In this document: one piece after another, positions 11,227 through 21,138 of the stretch
Layout of the letters: every line of letters begins with the position of its first letter
How positions within the stretch are numbered: position 1 is the stretch's first letter
Source of the DNA: an uncultured Alphaproteobacteria bacterium
Lineage (GTDB): Bacteria; Pseudomonadota; Alphaproteobacteria; CACZRW01
Reading direction: 5' to 3'
Assembly (NCBI GenBank): GCA_944390645.1
Contig: CALXRE010000058.1
Span: 10,737-74,736 of the forward strand
DNA: 64,000 nucleotides
Position numbers and translations under genes: made by a program
The notes under the pieces: model-generated
Told to the model about the DNA's origin: nothing
Seen by the model: the letters and a program-made list of their open reading frames with translations, nothing else
The model's database searches: none

Positions 11227-11950
11227 AATAACTATAGAATATGATGGATCTAATTTCTCTGGTTGGCAAAAACAAAAGAATAACCCTTCCGTACAAGAAT
11301 CTATCTCTGATGCAATATATAAATTCTCTGCTCAAAAAGTAGAAGTGTGTGGTGCTGGAAGAACTGATGCTGGAGTCCATGCTTTAGGACAAGTGGCTCA
11401 CTTCGATAGCTTAAAAGATTTCTCGGATTATACGGTTCGTGAAGCTTTAAATTTCTATTTGCAAAATTCTGGTATCGCTGTCCTTAATGTAGAAAAAGTC
11501 CCTGATACTTTTAATGCTCGCTTCTGTGCAAAAAAACGCTCTTATCTTTATCGAATCCTAAATCGAAGGGCTCCTTCTCCTATCTTAGAAAAAAGAGTTT
11601 GGCATGTACCTTTACCTTTAGATGTTAATCAAATGTCTATTGCTGCTCTTAAACTTATTGGTAAACACGATTTCTCCAGCTTTAGAGCCGCTGAATGTCA
11701 AGCAAAATCTCCAATTAAAACGTTAGATGAAATTAATATTTCTCTTATTAATCAAGAGATAAATATATATGTCTCGGCTAAATCTTTCCTGCATAATCAA
11801 GTCCGTATCATAACAGGAACTCTTGTTAATGTCGGCTTGGGTAAGCTAAATCCTGAAGATATAACTCAAATATTAAGCGCAAAAAATAGAACAAAAGCTG
11901 GTCCAACAGCTCCTCCTTTTGGGTTGTATCTATACCAAATACAATATTAA
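11213..11950 (+). CDS. truA: tRNA pseudouridine(38-40) synthase
   Basis: MYRYKITIEYDGSNFSGWQ N-terminus and GAGRTDAGVHALGQVAHF catalytic Asp motif. The ORF-track start at 11171 overlaps fmt; 11213 is preferred. Confidence 0.85.
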   Translation: MYRYKITIEYDGSNFSGWQKQKNNPSVQESISDAIYKFSAQKVEVCGAGRTDAGVHALGQVAHFDSLKDFSDYTVREALNFYLQNSGIAVLNVEKVPDTFNARFCAKKRSYLYRILNRRAPSPILEKRVWHVPLPLDVNQMSIAALKLIGKHDFSSFRAAECQAKSPIKTLDEINISLINQEINIYVSAKSFLHNQVRIITGTLVNVGLGKLNPEDITQILSAKNRTKAGPTAPPFGLYLYQIQY

Positions 11951-12037
11951 TTTGAAATCTTCTTTAACGCTTTATAAGAAATAGTTTATTAACGCTTTTA
12001 TGTTCTAATATTGCTTTAAAATAGCTAGGGATAAATT

Positions 12038-13306
12038 ATGGATGCTTTAAATCAGGGACCTGAACAGCAAATAATTGATACTTTAGAGAGATTACTAAAA
12101 TCTCCTGATATCTTCTATGCGGTAAGAATTTTCGTCTCTCGCTTGCTCCCTGTACATCAAAATAATAATAAAATCGCTATTATCTTCCATATCTTGGGCG
12201 AAAATAATTATATTTATAAATTATCAAACCAAGATGTGATTTTGCTTATTCGAAATGTCAAAAAAAAACAACTTGAACAACTCTTTGATTCTATTCGTTC
12301 CTTGTTCCCTAGAGACCCTGCTATATTAAAAAATCCTCCAGAATATTTTATCAAAACCTATAATCTGAAAAGTGAATATAGATCTTTTGTTCAAGATCTT
12401 AATAAATTAGAAAATGAAGAAAAAATAAATAAAAATGAAAAATACAAAATCCCTTTAACTCCTGAAAACTTAGAGGAGGAAATCCAAAGAGCTAAACTCT
12501 CTGATATCGTAGACGCTATTCGAAAACAACCTGTAATAACTCTCGCTGCTCAACAAAAAATAAAAATCTTATTCTATGAATTCTTTACTTCAACTACTTT
12601 GTTAGGGCAAAAAGCTATACCAAATGTTAATTTATTATCTGATCCTTGGTTGTTCCAACACTTAACGGAAACTTTGGATTTGAAAGTTATTGATGCTATT
12701 CAAAATAGTAAACTAGCTTTTCTCCCTCCTGTAATTAGTCTGAATTTAAATATTTCATCTCTTTTTAATCCTATTTTCTCAGACTTTAGCTATAAAATGT
12801 TGGAAAAAAATATAACCATTATCGCTGAAATACAAGTCCGTGATATCTTTTCTAATCCTGATGGCTATATAAAAGCAAAAGAAATGTTAAATAAAATGGG
12901 GCATAAAATCCTCTTGGATGGTGTTAATCACAATTCTTTGCTCTTCCTAGACGTTATTAGCTTTAATCCTGATTTAATAAAAATTATTTGGTCATCTCAG
13001 CTCGAAGATGATTATGATATTGAAAGGTTAAAACAAATTCGTGAAAAAAACCAAAAAATTATATTGTGTAGATGTGATGATGAAAAAGCTCTAATGTGGG
13101 GCGTGAATAATAAAATACGATTATTCCAAGGTGTTTTCGTAGATAAAATGGTCGCTGCTCTTACTAAAAAAATATGTAAAAACTTATCTTGCTCCTTAGC
13201 CGAATGTATCGAAAATCTTAATGCTATGCCTAGCAATATATACTCAAAATGTCAAAATACAGAAATTATTGATAATCCTCCGTTCGAAACTGAAAAAATC
13301 TGGTAG
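12038..13306 (+). CDS. hypothetical protein, N-terminal unknown domain + C-terminal degenerate EAL-like domain (paralog A)
   Basis: C-terminal half aligns by eye to the EAL fold: PWLFQHLTETLD, LNLNISSLFNP, ILLDGVNHNSLLFLDVISFNPDLIKIIWS, IILCRCDDEKALMWGVNNKIRLFQGVFV. Catalytic residues are substituted. Paralogous over its full length to the next gene. Confidence 0.55.
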   Translation: MDALNQGPEQQIIDTLERLLKSPDIFYAVRIFVSRLLPVHQNNNKIAIIFHILGENNYIYKLSNQDVILLIRNVKKKQLEQLFDSIRSLFPRDPAILKNPPEYFIKTYNLKSEYRSFVQDLNKLENEEKINKNEKYKIPLTPENLEEEIQRAKLSDIVDAIRKQPVITLAAQQKIKILFYEFFTSTTLLGQKAIPNVNLLSDPWLFQHLTETLDLKVIDAIQNSKLAFLPPVISLNLNISSLFNPIFSDFSYKMLEKNITIIAEIQVRDIFSNPDGYIKAKEMLNKMGHKILLDGVNHNSLLFLDVISFNPDLIKIIWSSQLEDDYDIERLKQIREKNQKIILCRCDDEKALMWGVNNKIRLFQGVFVDKMVAALTKKICKNLSCSLAECIENLNAMPSNIYSKCQNTEIIDNPPFETEKIW

Positions 13307-13312
13307 GATAAA

Positions 13313-14560
13313 ATGGTAAAAAATAATCTTACACGACAAGAAACTCAATTACTCTTATATATAAAAAAACTTGAGAAAGATATAAATAAAATCCCTTATG
13401 ATGTTTTATATCTTAAAACTTCTCAGTTGCCAGAAAAACAAAAAAATCGCTTCTTAAAAGCAATAAATGATATGATCCAACCTATGGTTCTCTTACATAA
13501 ATGGCAAAAATTCTTCCTCGCTAATGATGATATCGTCTTATTCTTCTCTGCTACTCAAAAAGATGAACTGGAAGCTATTATATTTAAAATCAATTTCTTC
13601 GTCCCAGAAGAAAACGCTTATGAACTGACAAAGGTCTATAATCTTAAAAAACAATTTAAAGAGTTTTTAGAATGCTTGAATTCAAAAATAGGAAGAAAAA
13701 AAGAAAATAAAAATGTTCAAAAAAAAGAAAATGTTTTTGAAGCTTTACCTAATAATTTAGATAAAGAAAAAAATGAAGATAAACCAAAAAAACAACCATT
13801 AACTCCTAAAATGCTCTCAATGGTTGAAAATTCCCTTAAAGGAACAGATTTCGCTAATATGATTAGACGGCAGTCGATATGTGTAGTCGTAGGTTCTTCT
13901 CAGCCTCAACCTATGTTCGATGAGGTGTTCGTATCTGTTTCGGATTTAAGAGATACTTTGCTCCCTAATGTCGATTTCTCTCTTACTCCATGGCTTTTCC
14001 AACATCTTACGGAAACTCTGGATAAAAGAGTACTATCAAATATTAATAGACATGATGACGGTTCGTTTAAAAGTCATTTTAGTATCAATTTAAATGTTTC
14101 TACTATCTTGTCTCCTGATTTTATAAGCTTCGATAAAGGTATACCTAACGCTTTCAAAAATACTATATTCCTAGAACTTCAACCAGTTGATATATTCTCT
14201 GATCTAGCTTCTTATATTATGGCTAAAAACTTTGCTAAAGAACGAGGATATAAAATCTGTATTGATGGTATCTCTCATACTTCTTTGCAATACATAGATA
14301 GAGAACGATTAGATGCGGATCTATTAAAAGTTTTCTGGAGCCAAGATATTATTAATCGAATAGAAAAAAATGATGAAAACATCTTCCTTGATATCAAAAA
14401 AAATGGTCCTTCAAGAGTAGTCCTAGCTAGAGTAGATGATGCTAAAGCTATAGATATAGGGCATACTCTAGGAATAAATATATTCCAAGGGCGATATATC
14501 CAAAAACTCTTAACTTCTTCTCCAGAAAAAAGAAGAGTAAATTCTTTTTATATGGGATAA
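13313..14560 (+). CDS. hypothetical protein, N-terminal unknown domain + C-terminal degenerate EAL-like domain (paralog B)
   Basis: Shares PWLFQHLTETLD exactly with paralog A. FSINLNVSTILSPDF, ICIDGISHTSLQYIDRERLDADLLKVFWS, VVLARVDDAKAIDIGHTLGINIFQGRYI match the EAL scaffold with degenerate DDFGTG and EGVE positions. Confidence 0.55.
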   Translation: MVKNNLTRQETQLLLYIKKLEKDINKIPYDVLYLKTSQLPEKQKNRFLKAINDMIQPMVLLHKWQKFFLANDDIVLFFSATQKDELEAIIFKINFFVPEENAYELTKVYNLKKQFKEFLECLNSKIGRKKENKNVQKKENVFEALPNNLDKEKNEDKPKKQPLTPKMLSMVENSLKGTDFANMIRRQSICVVVGSSQPQPMFDEVFVSVSDLRDTLLPNVDFSLTPWLFQHLTETLDKRVLSNINRHDDGSFKSHFSINLNVSTILSPDFISFDKGIPNAFKNTIFLELQPVDIFSDLASYIMAKNFAKERGYKICIDGISHTSLQYIDRERLDADLLKVFWSQDIINRIEKNDENIFLDIKKNGPSRVVLARVDDAKAIDIGHTLGINIFQGRYIQKLLTSSPEKRRVNSFYMG

Positions 14561-14618
14561 AACAAATCTTTAAAGCGATACCTAAAAGATTAGAATATTT
14601 TTTATACCCTATAAATAC

Positions 14619-14655
14619 AAAAAAACCGGAGGAAAATATTCTCCTCCGGTTTAAT
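14619..14655. terminator. bidirectional rho-independent terminator between paralog B (+) and hppA (-)
   Basis: Perfect 8-bp stem ccggagga / tcctccgg with an 8-nt loop, flanked by an A-run upstream and a T-run downstream. Confidence 0.7.
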
Positions 14656-14668
14656 CTTGCGCTTTAAG

Positions 14669-17107
14669 CTACCTCTTTAAATTGGTAATCTGCATCCCGT
14701 AAAAAGAACGAAGAACAAAACCACAGGCAACTATCAATAAACCAGCTCCAACATATGGCGCTATATCCGTAAAGTTCGGTGCAACTGCTATTTCAACCGC
14801 AAGAAGACCAAACAAAGTCGTAAATTTAATGATAGGATTTAAAGCAACCGAAGAGGTGTCCTTAAACGGATCCCCAACAGTATCTCCAATAACTGCTGCC
14901 TCGTGTAAGTCTGTTCCTTTCTCTTTTAGGTCAACTTCAACAACTTTTTTCGCGTTGTCCCATGAACCTCCAGCATTAGCCATGAAAATAGCTTGGTATA
15001 AACCAAAAATAGCTATCGATACTAAGTAACTGGCAAAGAATGTCGGATCAAAAAAGGCAAATGCTAATGTGAACGCAAAAATAGCTCCAAATATGTTTAC
15101 CATACCTGATTGAGCATATTGCGTACAAATCTTAACAACTTCCTTGGATGATTCTATTGAAGCTTTCTGCGTCGTATCAAGCTTAATATTGGCCTTAATA
15201 TATTCAACAGCTCGATAAGCTCCTGTTGATACTGCCTGCATAGATGCTCCACAGAACCAATAAATAACAGCTCCTCCTGTAATTAAACCAAGAAGAACTT
15301 TCGGCTCTACAATGTTAAGATTTAAACTTAACATTAATATGATCGAGAAAATCATCGTCGTAGCACCAATAACTGCCGTACCTATTAATACTGGCTTCGC
15401 AGTGGCTTTAAAGGTGTTACCTGCCGAGTCATTCTCTTCTAAAAAGTCCTTGCCTTCTGCAAAACAAGGCTTGAAACCAAAGTCCTTCTCTATTTCCTTC
15501 GATATGTTCGGCTCTTGCTCTATTTGAGAAAGCTCAAATACTGATTGAGCATTGTCGGTTACTGGACCATAACTATCTACGGCTATAGTAACAGGTCCCA
15601 TACCAAGCATACCAAATGCTACTAATCCAAAAGCAAAAATTGCAGGGAAAATCATGTGATCATTAAGATGAAACTCTGGACATATAACTGCAACATAAGT
15701 TGCTAAAGTCATTATGCCTACTAAAACTAAGCCTTTCCAAAATGCACTGAAATTACCCGCTATAATGCCAGATAAAATAGTTAGCGATGCTCCTCCTTCT
15801 CGGCTGGCTGCAACTATCTCTTTAACGTGCTTTGACTTCGAAGAAGTAAAAATCTTCGTAAATTCTGGAATAAGTGCAGCTATTAATGTCCCACAACTAA
15901 TAATTAACGATAAAGCTAACCATAAAGTCGTGTCTCCATTAATATTCCCTATCAAAAGATAACTTGCTCCAAATGTCATAGCTATGGAAATAATCGAGGT
16001 TAACCAAACTAAAGAAGTTAATGGATTCTCAAAATTGAATTTCTTCGAATTCTTATATACTCTCGAAGATACAAACTTGTTGATACCATATGATAACAAA
16101 CTCGTGAGAATCATTAATACACGCATGGTGAAAATCCAAACGATTAATTGAGCTTGCGTCTCTGCTCCTATGGCTGTCGCTACCCTCGTCCCATCTGGAC
16201 CAACCGTAGTTCCTACTGCCATAACAATAAATACAACAAGCGCAACTCCTGTAACACCATATGTCTCAAATCCATCTGCCGTAGGTCCTACTGAATCTCC
16301 TGCGTTATCTCCTGTGCAGTCGGCTATAACTCCAGGATTCCTTGCATCATCTTCTTTTATCTTGAAAACAATCTTCATTAAGTCAGAACCAATGTCGGCA
16401 ATCTTGGTGAAAATACCTCCGCAAATCCTAAGCGCTGATGCTCCTAAAGATTCTCCAATCGCAAAACCTATAAAACAGGCTCCTGCATTCGCTGGATCTA
16501 CAAACTTTAAAATGAAAAGCATCATGATAAGTTCTACACAGATTAGTAATACACCTATGGACATGCCTGCTCTTAATGGTATCCCCATAACAGGATAGGG
16601 CTTGCCTTGCAAAGATGCAAAAGCTGTACGACTGTTCGCATATGTGTTAATCCTAATACCAAACCAGGCAACACTGAAAGAGCCTAAAATTCCTATGATA
16701 GACCAGCTTAAAATTACAAGAACTCTAGAAAGTTCAAAGTCATTCAGACAGTAAAAATAATAAAATATACATGCCCCTATGAATAACTCTAAAACAATCA
16801 AAAGCTTACCTTGTTGCAAAAGATATGTCTTACAGGTCTCATATATAGTGTTCGAAACATCTGCCATGGTACGATGAACGGGTAATTTCTTTATCCCTAA
16901 AAATTCATAAAATCCAAAAAGCATACCAAGTACACAGATAACCATTCCCCACCCAATCAATGAATATCCAGTTAATACATGACCGAATATGTTATATGTT
17001 TGATTAAGCTTGGGGAGAACTATATCAGCTTCACTCGCTAATGATGGACTCGAAATACATACAAGACCTATCATTAATAAGGAAAGCTTAAGAATAAACT
17101 TATTCAT
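14669..17107 (-). CDS. hppA: membrane-bound H+ (or Na+)-translocating inorganic pyrophosphatase
   Basis: 812 aa polytopic membrane protein with V-PPase signatures GDTVGDPFKDT, GGSWDNAKK, DNAGDSVGP and DCTGDNAG. Confidence 0.9.
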   Translation of the reverse strand: MNKFILKLSLLMIGLVCISSPSLASEADIVLPKLNQTYNIFGHVLTGYSLIGWGMVICVLGMLFGFYEFLGIKKLPVHRTMADVSNTIYETCKTYLLQQGKLLIVLELFIGACIFYYFYCLNDFELSRVLVILSWSIIGILGSFSVAWFGIRINTYANSRTAFASLQGKPYPVMGIPLRAGMSIGVLLICVELIMMLFILKFVDPANAGACFIGFAIGESLGASALRICGGIFTKIADIGSDLMKIVFKIKEDDARNPGVIADCTGDNAGDSVGPTADGFETYGVTGVALVVFIVMAVGTTVGPDGTRVATAIGAETQAQLIVWIFTMRVLMILTSLLSYGINKFVSSRVYKNSKKFNFENPLTSLVWLTSIISIAMTFGASYLLIGNINGDTTLWLALSLIISCGTLIAALIPEFTKIFTSSKSKHVKEIVAASREGGASLTILSGIIAGNFSAFWKGLVLVGIMTLATYVAVICPEFHLNDHMIFPAIFAFGLVAFGMLGMGPVTIAVDSYGPVTDNAQSVFELSQIEQEPNISKEIEKDFGFKPCFAEGKDFLEENDSAGNTFKATAKPVLIGTAVIGATTMIFSIILMLSLNLNIVEPKVLLGLITGGAVIYWFCGASMQAVSTGAYRAVEYIKANIKLDTTQKASIESSKEVVKICTQYAQSGMVNIFGAIFAFTLAFAFFDPTFFASYLVSIAIFGLYQAIFMANAGGSWDNAKKVVEVDLKEKGTDLHEAAVIGDTVGDPFKDTSSVALNPIIKFTTLFGLLAVEIAVAPNFTDIAPYVGAGLLIVACGFVLRSFYGMQITNLKR

Positions 17108-17383
17108 AATATCTCCACCTTAAAAGTTAAGAACAAAAAAGCTTCTTACGATTTACCATTTTGAACTAAAAAGCAACCCTAAAAGCTTAGTTTTATGTAA
17201 ATAAAAAAGTTTTTTATATACATGTGTTTATCTTTTAGGTTATATTGCTAAATGGAGGAAGTTTTCCTCTAAATAAATAAAGTAAAAAAGAATGTTAAAA
17301 TACTCTAAAATGAAAGTTTTTTAATGAAAAAATACTCTGATAAAAGATCAGCGTGTTGAGTATATTATTGCTAAATCTACTAA

Positions 17384-19201
17384 TCAAAAATCATCCTCTT
17401 TTTCTTGCTTCTCACTAGCCTTTAAATCATAAACTGGTGGTGGCGGAGGAGGTGCTATATTATCTTCTAACTGCTTGCTCGTTGATAAAGATTTCTTCGT
17501 ATAAGATAATTCTAATCTTTTATCGTCTTCTGTAGCATTAACATAAATAACTCTCTCTGGATTTATCTTATCTGCTAAAATTAACATCGATAATGGAGTC
17601 TCTATATTGTGTTGGATTAACCGTCTCATCTGGCGAACTCCATTTTTTGCTATCTGTGTCTCTTTTGCCATCCATTTTATCGCATCTTCTGTTACTTCTA
17701 GTTTAATATTTAACGGTAATAACTTCTTATAAAGCTTCCTTATATGAATCCCAACTATTCCTTCTAAACTTTCTAATGTTAAAGGCATAAAAGAAACTAT
17801 ATCATCTATACGAGCTAAAAGCTCTGGACGCAAATATTCTGATAAAACTTCTGCTCTCTTATAACTCGGAACATTCGCTGCTACGTTCGATGTCATAATT
17901 ATAACTGTATTACGAAAATCTACTGTATTTCCTCTACTATCTGTTAAACGACCTTCATCTAAAACTTGCAAAAGAAGTGTAAGAATATCTGGATTGGCTT
18001 TCTCTAACTCATCAAATAAAACTACTTGATAAGGGCGTAAACGTACGGCCTCTGTTAGTAATCCACCATTCTCAAAACCAGGAGAGCCTGGTGGCGGACC
18101 TATTAAACGATTAATACTCTGCTTCTCCATATATTCTGACATATCAAGCCTTAAAATCGCTTTCTCATCACTAAATAAAAACTCAGCTATAGCTTTCGCT
18201 AATTCTGTCTTTCCTGTCCCTGTCGTTCCTATAAATAAAAAAGTACCTATAGGTCTGCCAGGATCTTGTAAGCCTGAGCGTGACCTCCTTAATGCCGCAG
18301 CCATAACCCTTACCGCTGATGGTTGACCAATAACTCTGCGAGTCAAAAATTCTTCTAATTGTAGTAGTTTCTTCTTCTCTTCAGAATCTACATTATCAAC
18401 AGGTATTCCTGTCCAAAGTGAAATAGTGTGAACAAGTTCTTCTTCTCCTAATTCTTTTTTCCCTCTTCCTACGGTCAGAGTAGATGCTTCGTCTATTAAA
18501 TCTAATGCCTTCTCCGGAAATGTACGTTGCTTAACATAACGATCTGCAAGCTTTACCGCTGTTAGCATTATTTTATCTGGTATTTTTATATTGTGTTTAT
18601 TTTCAAAAATACTCTTTACACTCTCTGCAATCTTAACGCTTGTATCTATGTCTGGTTCTTCTATATATACAGTTTGAAGATGTCTTATAAATTCTGTATC
18701 AGTTTCTAAATCTAAACGAAAATGAGGAATGTCCGAGGTTATTATGCACTTAATATCTCCCGAGATAATCTTTAACTTTAAAAAATCAGAAACTGGAACT
18801 CCAACATTTATAGATGAATCTTTACTTAAAAGCGTAGTGTCATTCAAAAATAAAATTACTTTATCCTTATGTTCAGAAAGATAATTTATTACTTCTTTTA
18901 TCGTCTCAGAATATTGTTCTGTACTTTTTGTTTCGGCTATAATCTTACTTTGATTTATACCTACAATCCTTATTCCTTTAAACTCTGGGGGTATATCTTC
19001 TGCATCTGATGCAAATTTCTTAATTAAAGTTAAAACTATAGAATGCTTACCAACACCTATTGGTCCAATTAAAACAGGATTGGGCTTGTAATAACGAAGT
19101 AAAATGTACATCAATCTCTCTGCTTCTGCATCCCTGCCAACAGTAGGCGGAAGTTGGTTCGATCTTGCAAGTGATGTATAGTCTATAAGGTATTTTTCCA
19201 T
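17384..19201 (-). CDS. Clp/Hsp100-family AAA+ ATPase with degenerate first nucleotide-binding domain
   Basis: D2 domain is canonical: Walker A GTTGTGKTELAKA, Walker B VVLFDELEKA, sensor RNTVIIMTSN, and a ClpA/B-like RLDMSEYMEK stretch. D1 has Walker A GPIGVGKHS and Walker B ILFLNDTT in place of DE. No N-domain or long middle domain; 605 aa. Confidence 0.7.
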   Translation of the reverse strand: MEKYLIDYTSLARSNQLPPTVGRDAEAERLMYILLRYYKPNPVLIGPIGVGKHSIVLTLIKKFASDAEDIPPEFKGIRIVGINQSKIIAETKSTEQYSETIKEVINYLSEHKDKVILFLNDTTLLSKDSSINVGVPVSDFLKLKIISGDIKCIITSDIPHFRLDLETDTEFIRHLQTVYIEEPDIDTSVKIAESVKSIFENKHNIKIPDKIMLTAVKLADRYVKQRTFPEKALDLIDEASTLTVGRGKKELGEEELVHTISLWTGIPVDNVDSEEKKKLLQLEEFLTRRVIGQPSAVRVMAAALRRSRSGLQDPGRPIGTFLFIGTTGTGKTELAKAIAEFLFSDEKAILRLDMSEYMEKQSINRLIGPPPGSPGFENGGLLTEAVRLRPYQVVLFDELEKANPDILTLLLQVLDEGRLTDSRGNTVDFRNTVIIMTSNVAANVPSYKRAEVLSEYLRPELLARIDDIVSFMPLTLESLEGIVGIHIRKLYKKLLPLNIKLEVTEDAIKWMAKETQIAKNGVRQMRRLIQHNIETPLSMLILADKINPERVIYVNATEDDKRLELSYTKKSLSTSKQLEDNIAPPPPPPVYDLKASEKQEKEDDF

Positions 19202-19285
19202 GCTTGTTTACCTCTTTTTTGCTTCTATTGCCATTAGTATATAAGATGCTTATAGTGCAGGTAAACTAATAAAGGGTAAAATTAA

Positions 19286-20341
19286 ATGAAAAAAGTAATA
19301 TTAGCTATGAGTGGCGGTGTAGATTCTTCTGTGGCTGCACTTACTTTATTAGATGCGGGATATGATGTGATCGGTGTAAATATGACAATATATAAAGGAG
19401 AAAGCTTGCCCGCTGCAAAAAAAGGTTGTTATGGACGTGAAAACTTACAAGATAAATTAGCCGCAGCTGAAATATGTAAAAAACTTGGAATCCCTTTCTT
19501 TAATTTCGATTGCTCTGAAGAATATAAAAAAACGGTAATTAAATATTTTAAAGAAGAGTATTTAAATGGGAAAACTCCTAATCCTTGCGTATGCTGTAAT
19601 TCCTTTATTAAATTCGATCTCCTGCCTCGTAAAGCACGTGAAGCGGGTTTAATGTTTGATTTCTTCGCAACAGGACATTATGCAAGAATTGTCCTTAAAA
19701 AGAATGGTAGATATTATCTAAAACAGGCAAAAGATATAGAAAAAGATCAAACCTATTTTTTATTCCGTTTAAGTCAAAATGTATTAGCTAAAACTATTTT
19801 CCCCCTAGGGGATAAAACAAAAAAGGAAGTTAGAGAAATTGCTAAAAAATATTTGGGTGAAATCTATGAAAAACCAGATAGCCAAGACTTTTATGGAGGA
19901 AACTATAATGACATTTTGGAAATGCCTCCTAAAAAAGGAAAAATTATTCATACTAATGGAGAAATCCTTGGAAATCATAATGGTTTTTGGAATTATACTG
20001 TTGGGCAAAGAAAAGGTTTAGGAATATCGTATCATGTACCTTTGTATGTAAAATCCTTAGATCCTGAAAATAATTTAGTCATCGTTGATGAAGAAAATGC
20101 TGTTATGAATACGGAATGTCAGGCAAAAGATTTTTTCTTTTTCCCTTATGATGATAAGCCTTTACAGGCTAAAATACGATCATCTCAAACATTAAAAAAT
20201 GTTACAAGTCTTACGGTGAAAAATGATACTTCTTTGATTTTTTTTGAAAAACCACTTAAGGCAATTACTCCAGGACAAAATATTGTAATTTATCAAAATA
20301 AGTTACTTGTTGGTGGAGGAACAATAATAAGTAACTCTTAA
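19286..20341 (+). CDS. mnmA: tRNA-specific 2-thiouridylase
   Basis: PP-loop LAMSGGVDSSVAA, catalytic PNPCVCCN; 351 aa. Confidence 0.9.
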   Translation: MKKVILAMSGGVDSSVAALTLLDAGYDVIGVNMTIYKGESLPAAKKGCYGRENLQDKLAAAEICKKLGIPFFNFDCSEEYKKTVIKYFKEEYLNGKTPNPCVCCNSFIKFDLLPRKAREAGLMFDFFATGHYARIVLKKNGRYYLKQAKDIEKDQTYFLFRLSQNVLAKTIFPLGDKTKKEVREIAKKYLGEIYEKPDSQDFYGGNYNDILEMPPKKGKIIHTNGEILGNHNGFWNYTVGQRKGLGISYHVPLYVKSLDPENNLVIVDEENAVMNTECQAKDFFFFPYDDKPLQAKIRSSQTLKNVTSLTVKNDTSLIFFEKPLKAITPGQNIVIYQNKLLVGGGTIISNS

Positions 20342-20397
20342 AGCTTATATTGACTAGTTATTTGTTATGATATAAAAATTCTTCCTTTCCTTGATGT

Positions 20398-20474
20398 CGG
20401 AATGTAGCTCAGTCTGGTAGAGCACCACGTTCGGGACGTGGGGGTCGCTGGTTCGAATCCCGTCATTCCGACCA
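20398..20474 (+). tRNA. tRNA-Pro (anticodon CGG)
   Basis: 77-nt cloverleaf folded by hand. Acceptor stem cggaatg/cattccg, D arm agctcagtctggtagagc, anticodon stem ccacg/cgtgg with loop TTCGGGA (CGG), T arm ggttcgaatcc, 3' CCA encoded. Confidence 0.85.
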
Positions 20475-20503
20475 TAAATAAACTAATCTAAAAATCTTTA
20501 ACG

Positions 20504-20713
20504 TTAGTAGTGTGGTGGGGGTGTCTCTTCTGATAGTGGACGAATGTTGCTACCTAGTGCTTCTTTTAATTCTTTATTCTCTTTTATTAAACGGTCTATA
20601 ATCTTCCATTGCTTAATAATTTCTTCATTCAATTCATTTAGCATTTTTTGTTGATGGAGAAAGTCTATTTCTAAACTATCTATCCTTTCTTCTATTAGTT
20701 CTTTAATGCTCAT
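20504..20713 (-). CDS. slyX: SlyX family coiled-coil protein
   Basis: 69 aa; MSIKELIEERIDSLE...NELNEEI...IDRL with C-terminal ETPPPHY, which matches the E. coli SlyX C-terminus. Confidence 0.85.
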   Translation of the reverse strand: MSIKELIEERIDSLEIDFLHQQKMLNELNEEIIKQWKIIDRLIKENKELKEALGSNIRPLSEETPPPHY

Positions 20714-20776
20714 GATATCTCTCCTTTCCTTAAATTATATAAGGATAAGCTTAAAAACGTCAATAAGAGAAAATAA

Positions 20777-20806
20777 TTGACAAAAAAGAAAAAAAAGCAT
20801 TAAAAT
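20777..20806 (+). promoter_or_regulatory. sigma70-like promoter driving the 20842-22881 cassette
   Basis: TTGACA (20777-20782), 18-nt spacer, TAAAAT (20801-20806); AGAGGA RBS before ATG 20842. Confidence 0.55.
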
Positions 20807-20841
20807 ACTTAAATGCTTTCTTACAAAAGAGGATTACTATT

Positions 20842-21138
20842 ATGAATAGTGAAAAAATAAAGTATCTCGCATATAAAGAATTAGGTTTTAGTCCTTGTGA
20901 ACATAAATATTTTGATGAATTGCTAGAACAAATTGTTAAAGTTCGAGGTTTATCTGATGAAGACAACCCTATTCATAAAAGTAAAAATTATGAAAATGTG
21001 GAAGCACTTATTGGAAATATAAATAATTTCTTACAAAAATACGCTTTGCGAGCGGGAGAACGTATTGATATTAAACCGCCTGAAATGACAGAAGAAAATA
21101 TATTAGCTTTTGAAAAATTTTCTACCATTTGCAAATGA
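20842..21138 (+). CDS. hypothetical protein (98 aa), first gene of tRNA-adjacent cassette
   Basis: ORF with good promoter and RBS context; no recognisable motif; its 3' end overlaps the next ORF by 10 nt. Confidence 0.5.
   Translation: MNSEKIKYLAYKELGFSPCEHKYFDELLEQIVKVRGLSDEDNPIHKSKNYENVEALIGNINNFLQKYALRAGERIDIKPPEMTEENILAFEKFSTICK

Noticed and set aside
16170-16598. 142-aa +strand ORF (and other 60-90 aa +strand ORFs at 14829, 15312, 15714)
   Set aside because: All are antisense within the well-supported hppA gene. Compositional artefacts of the AT-rich antisense frame.
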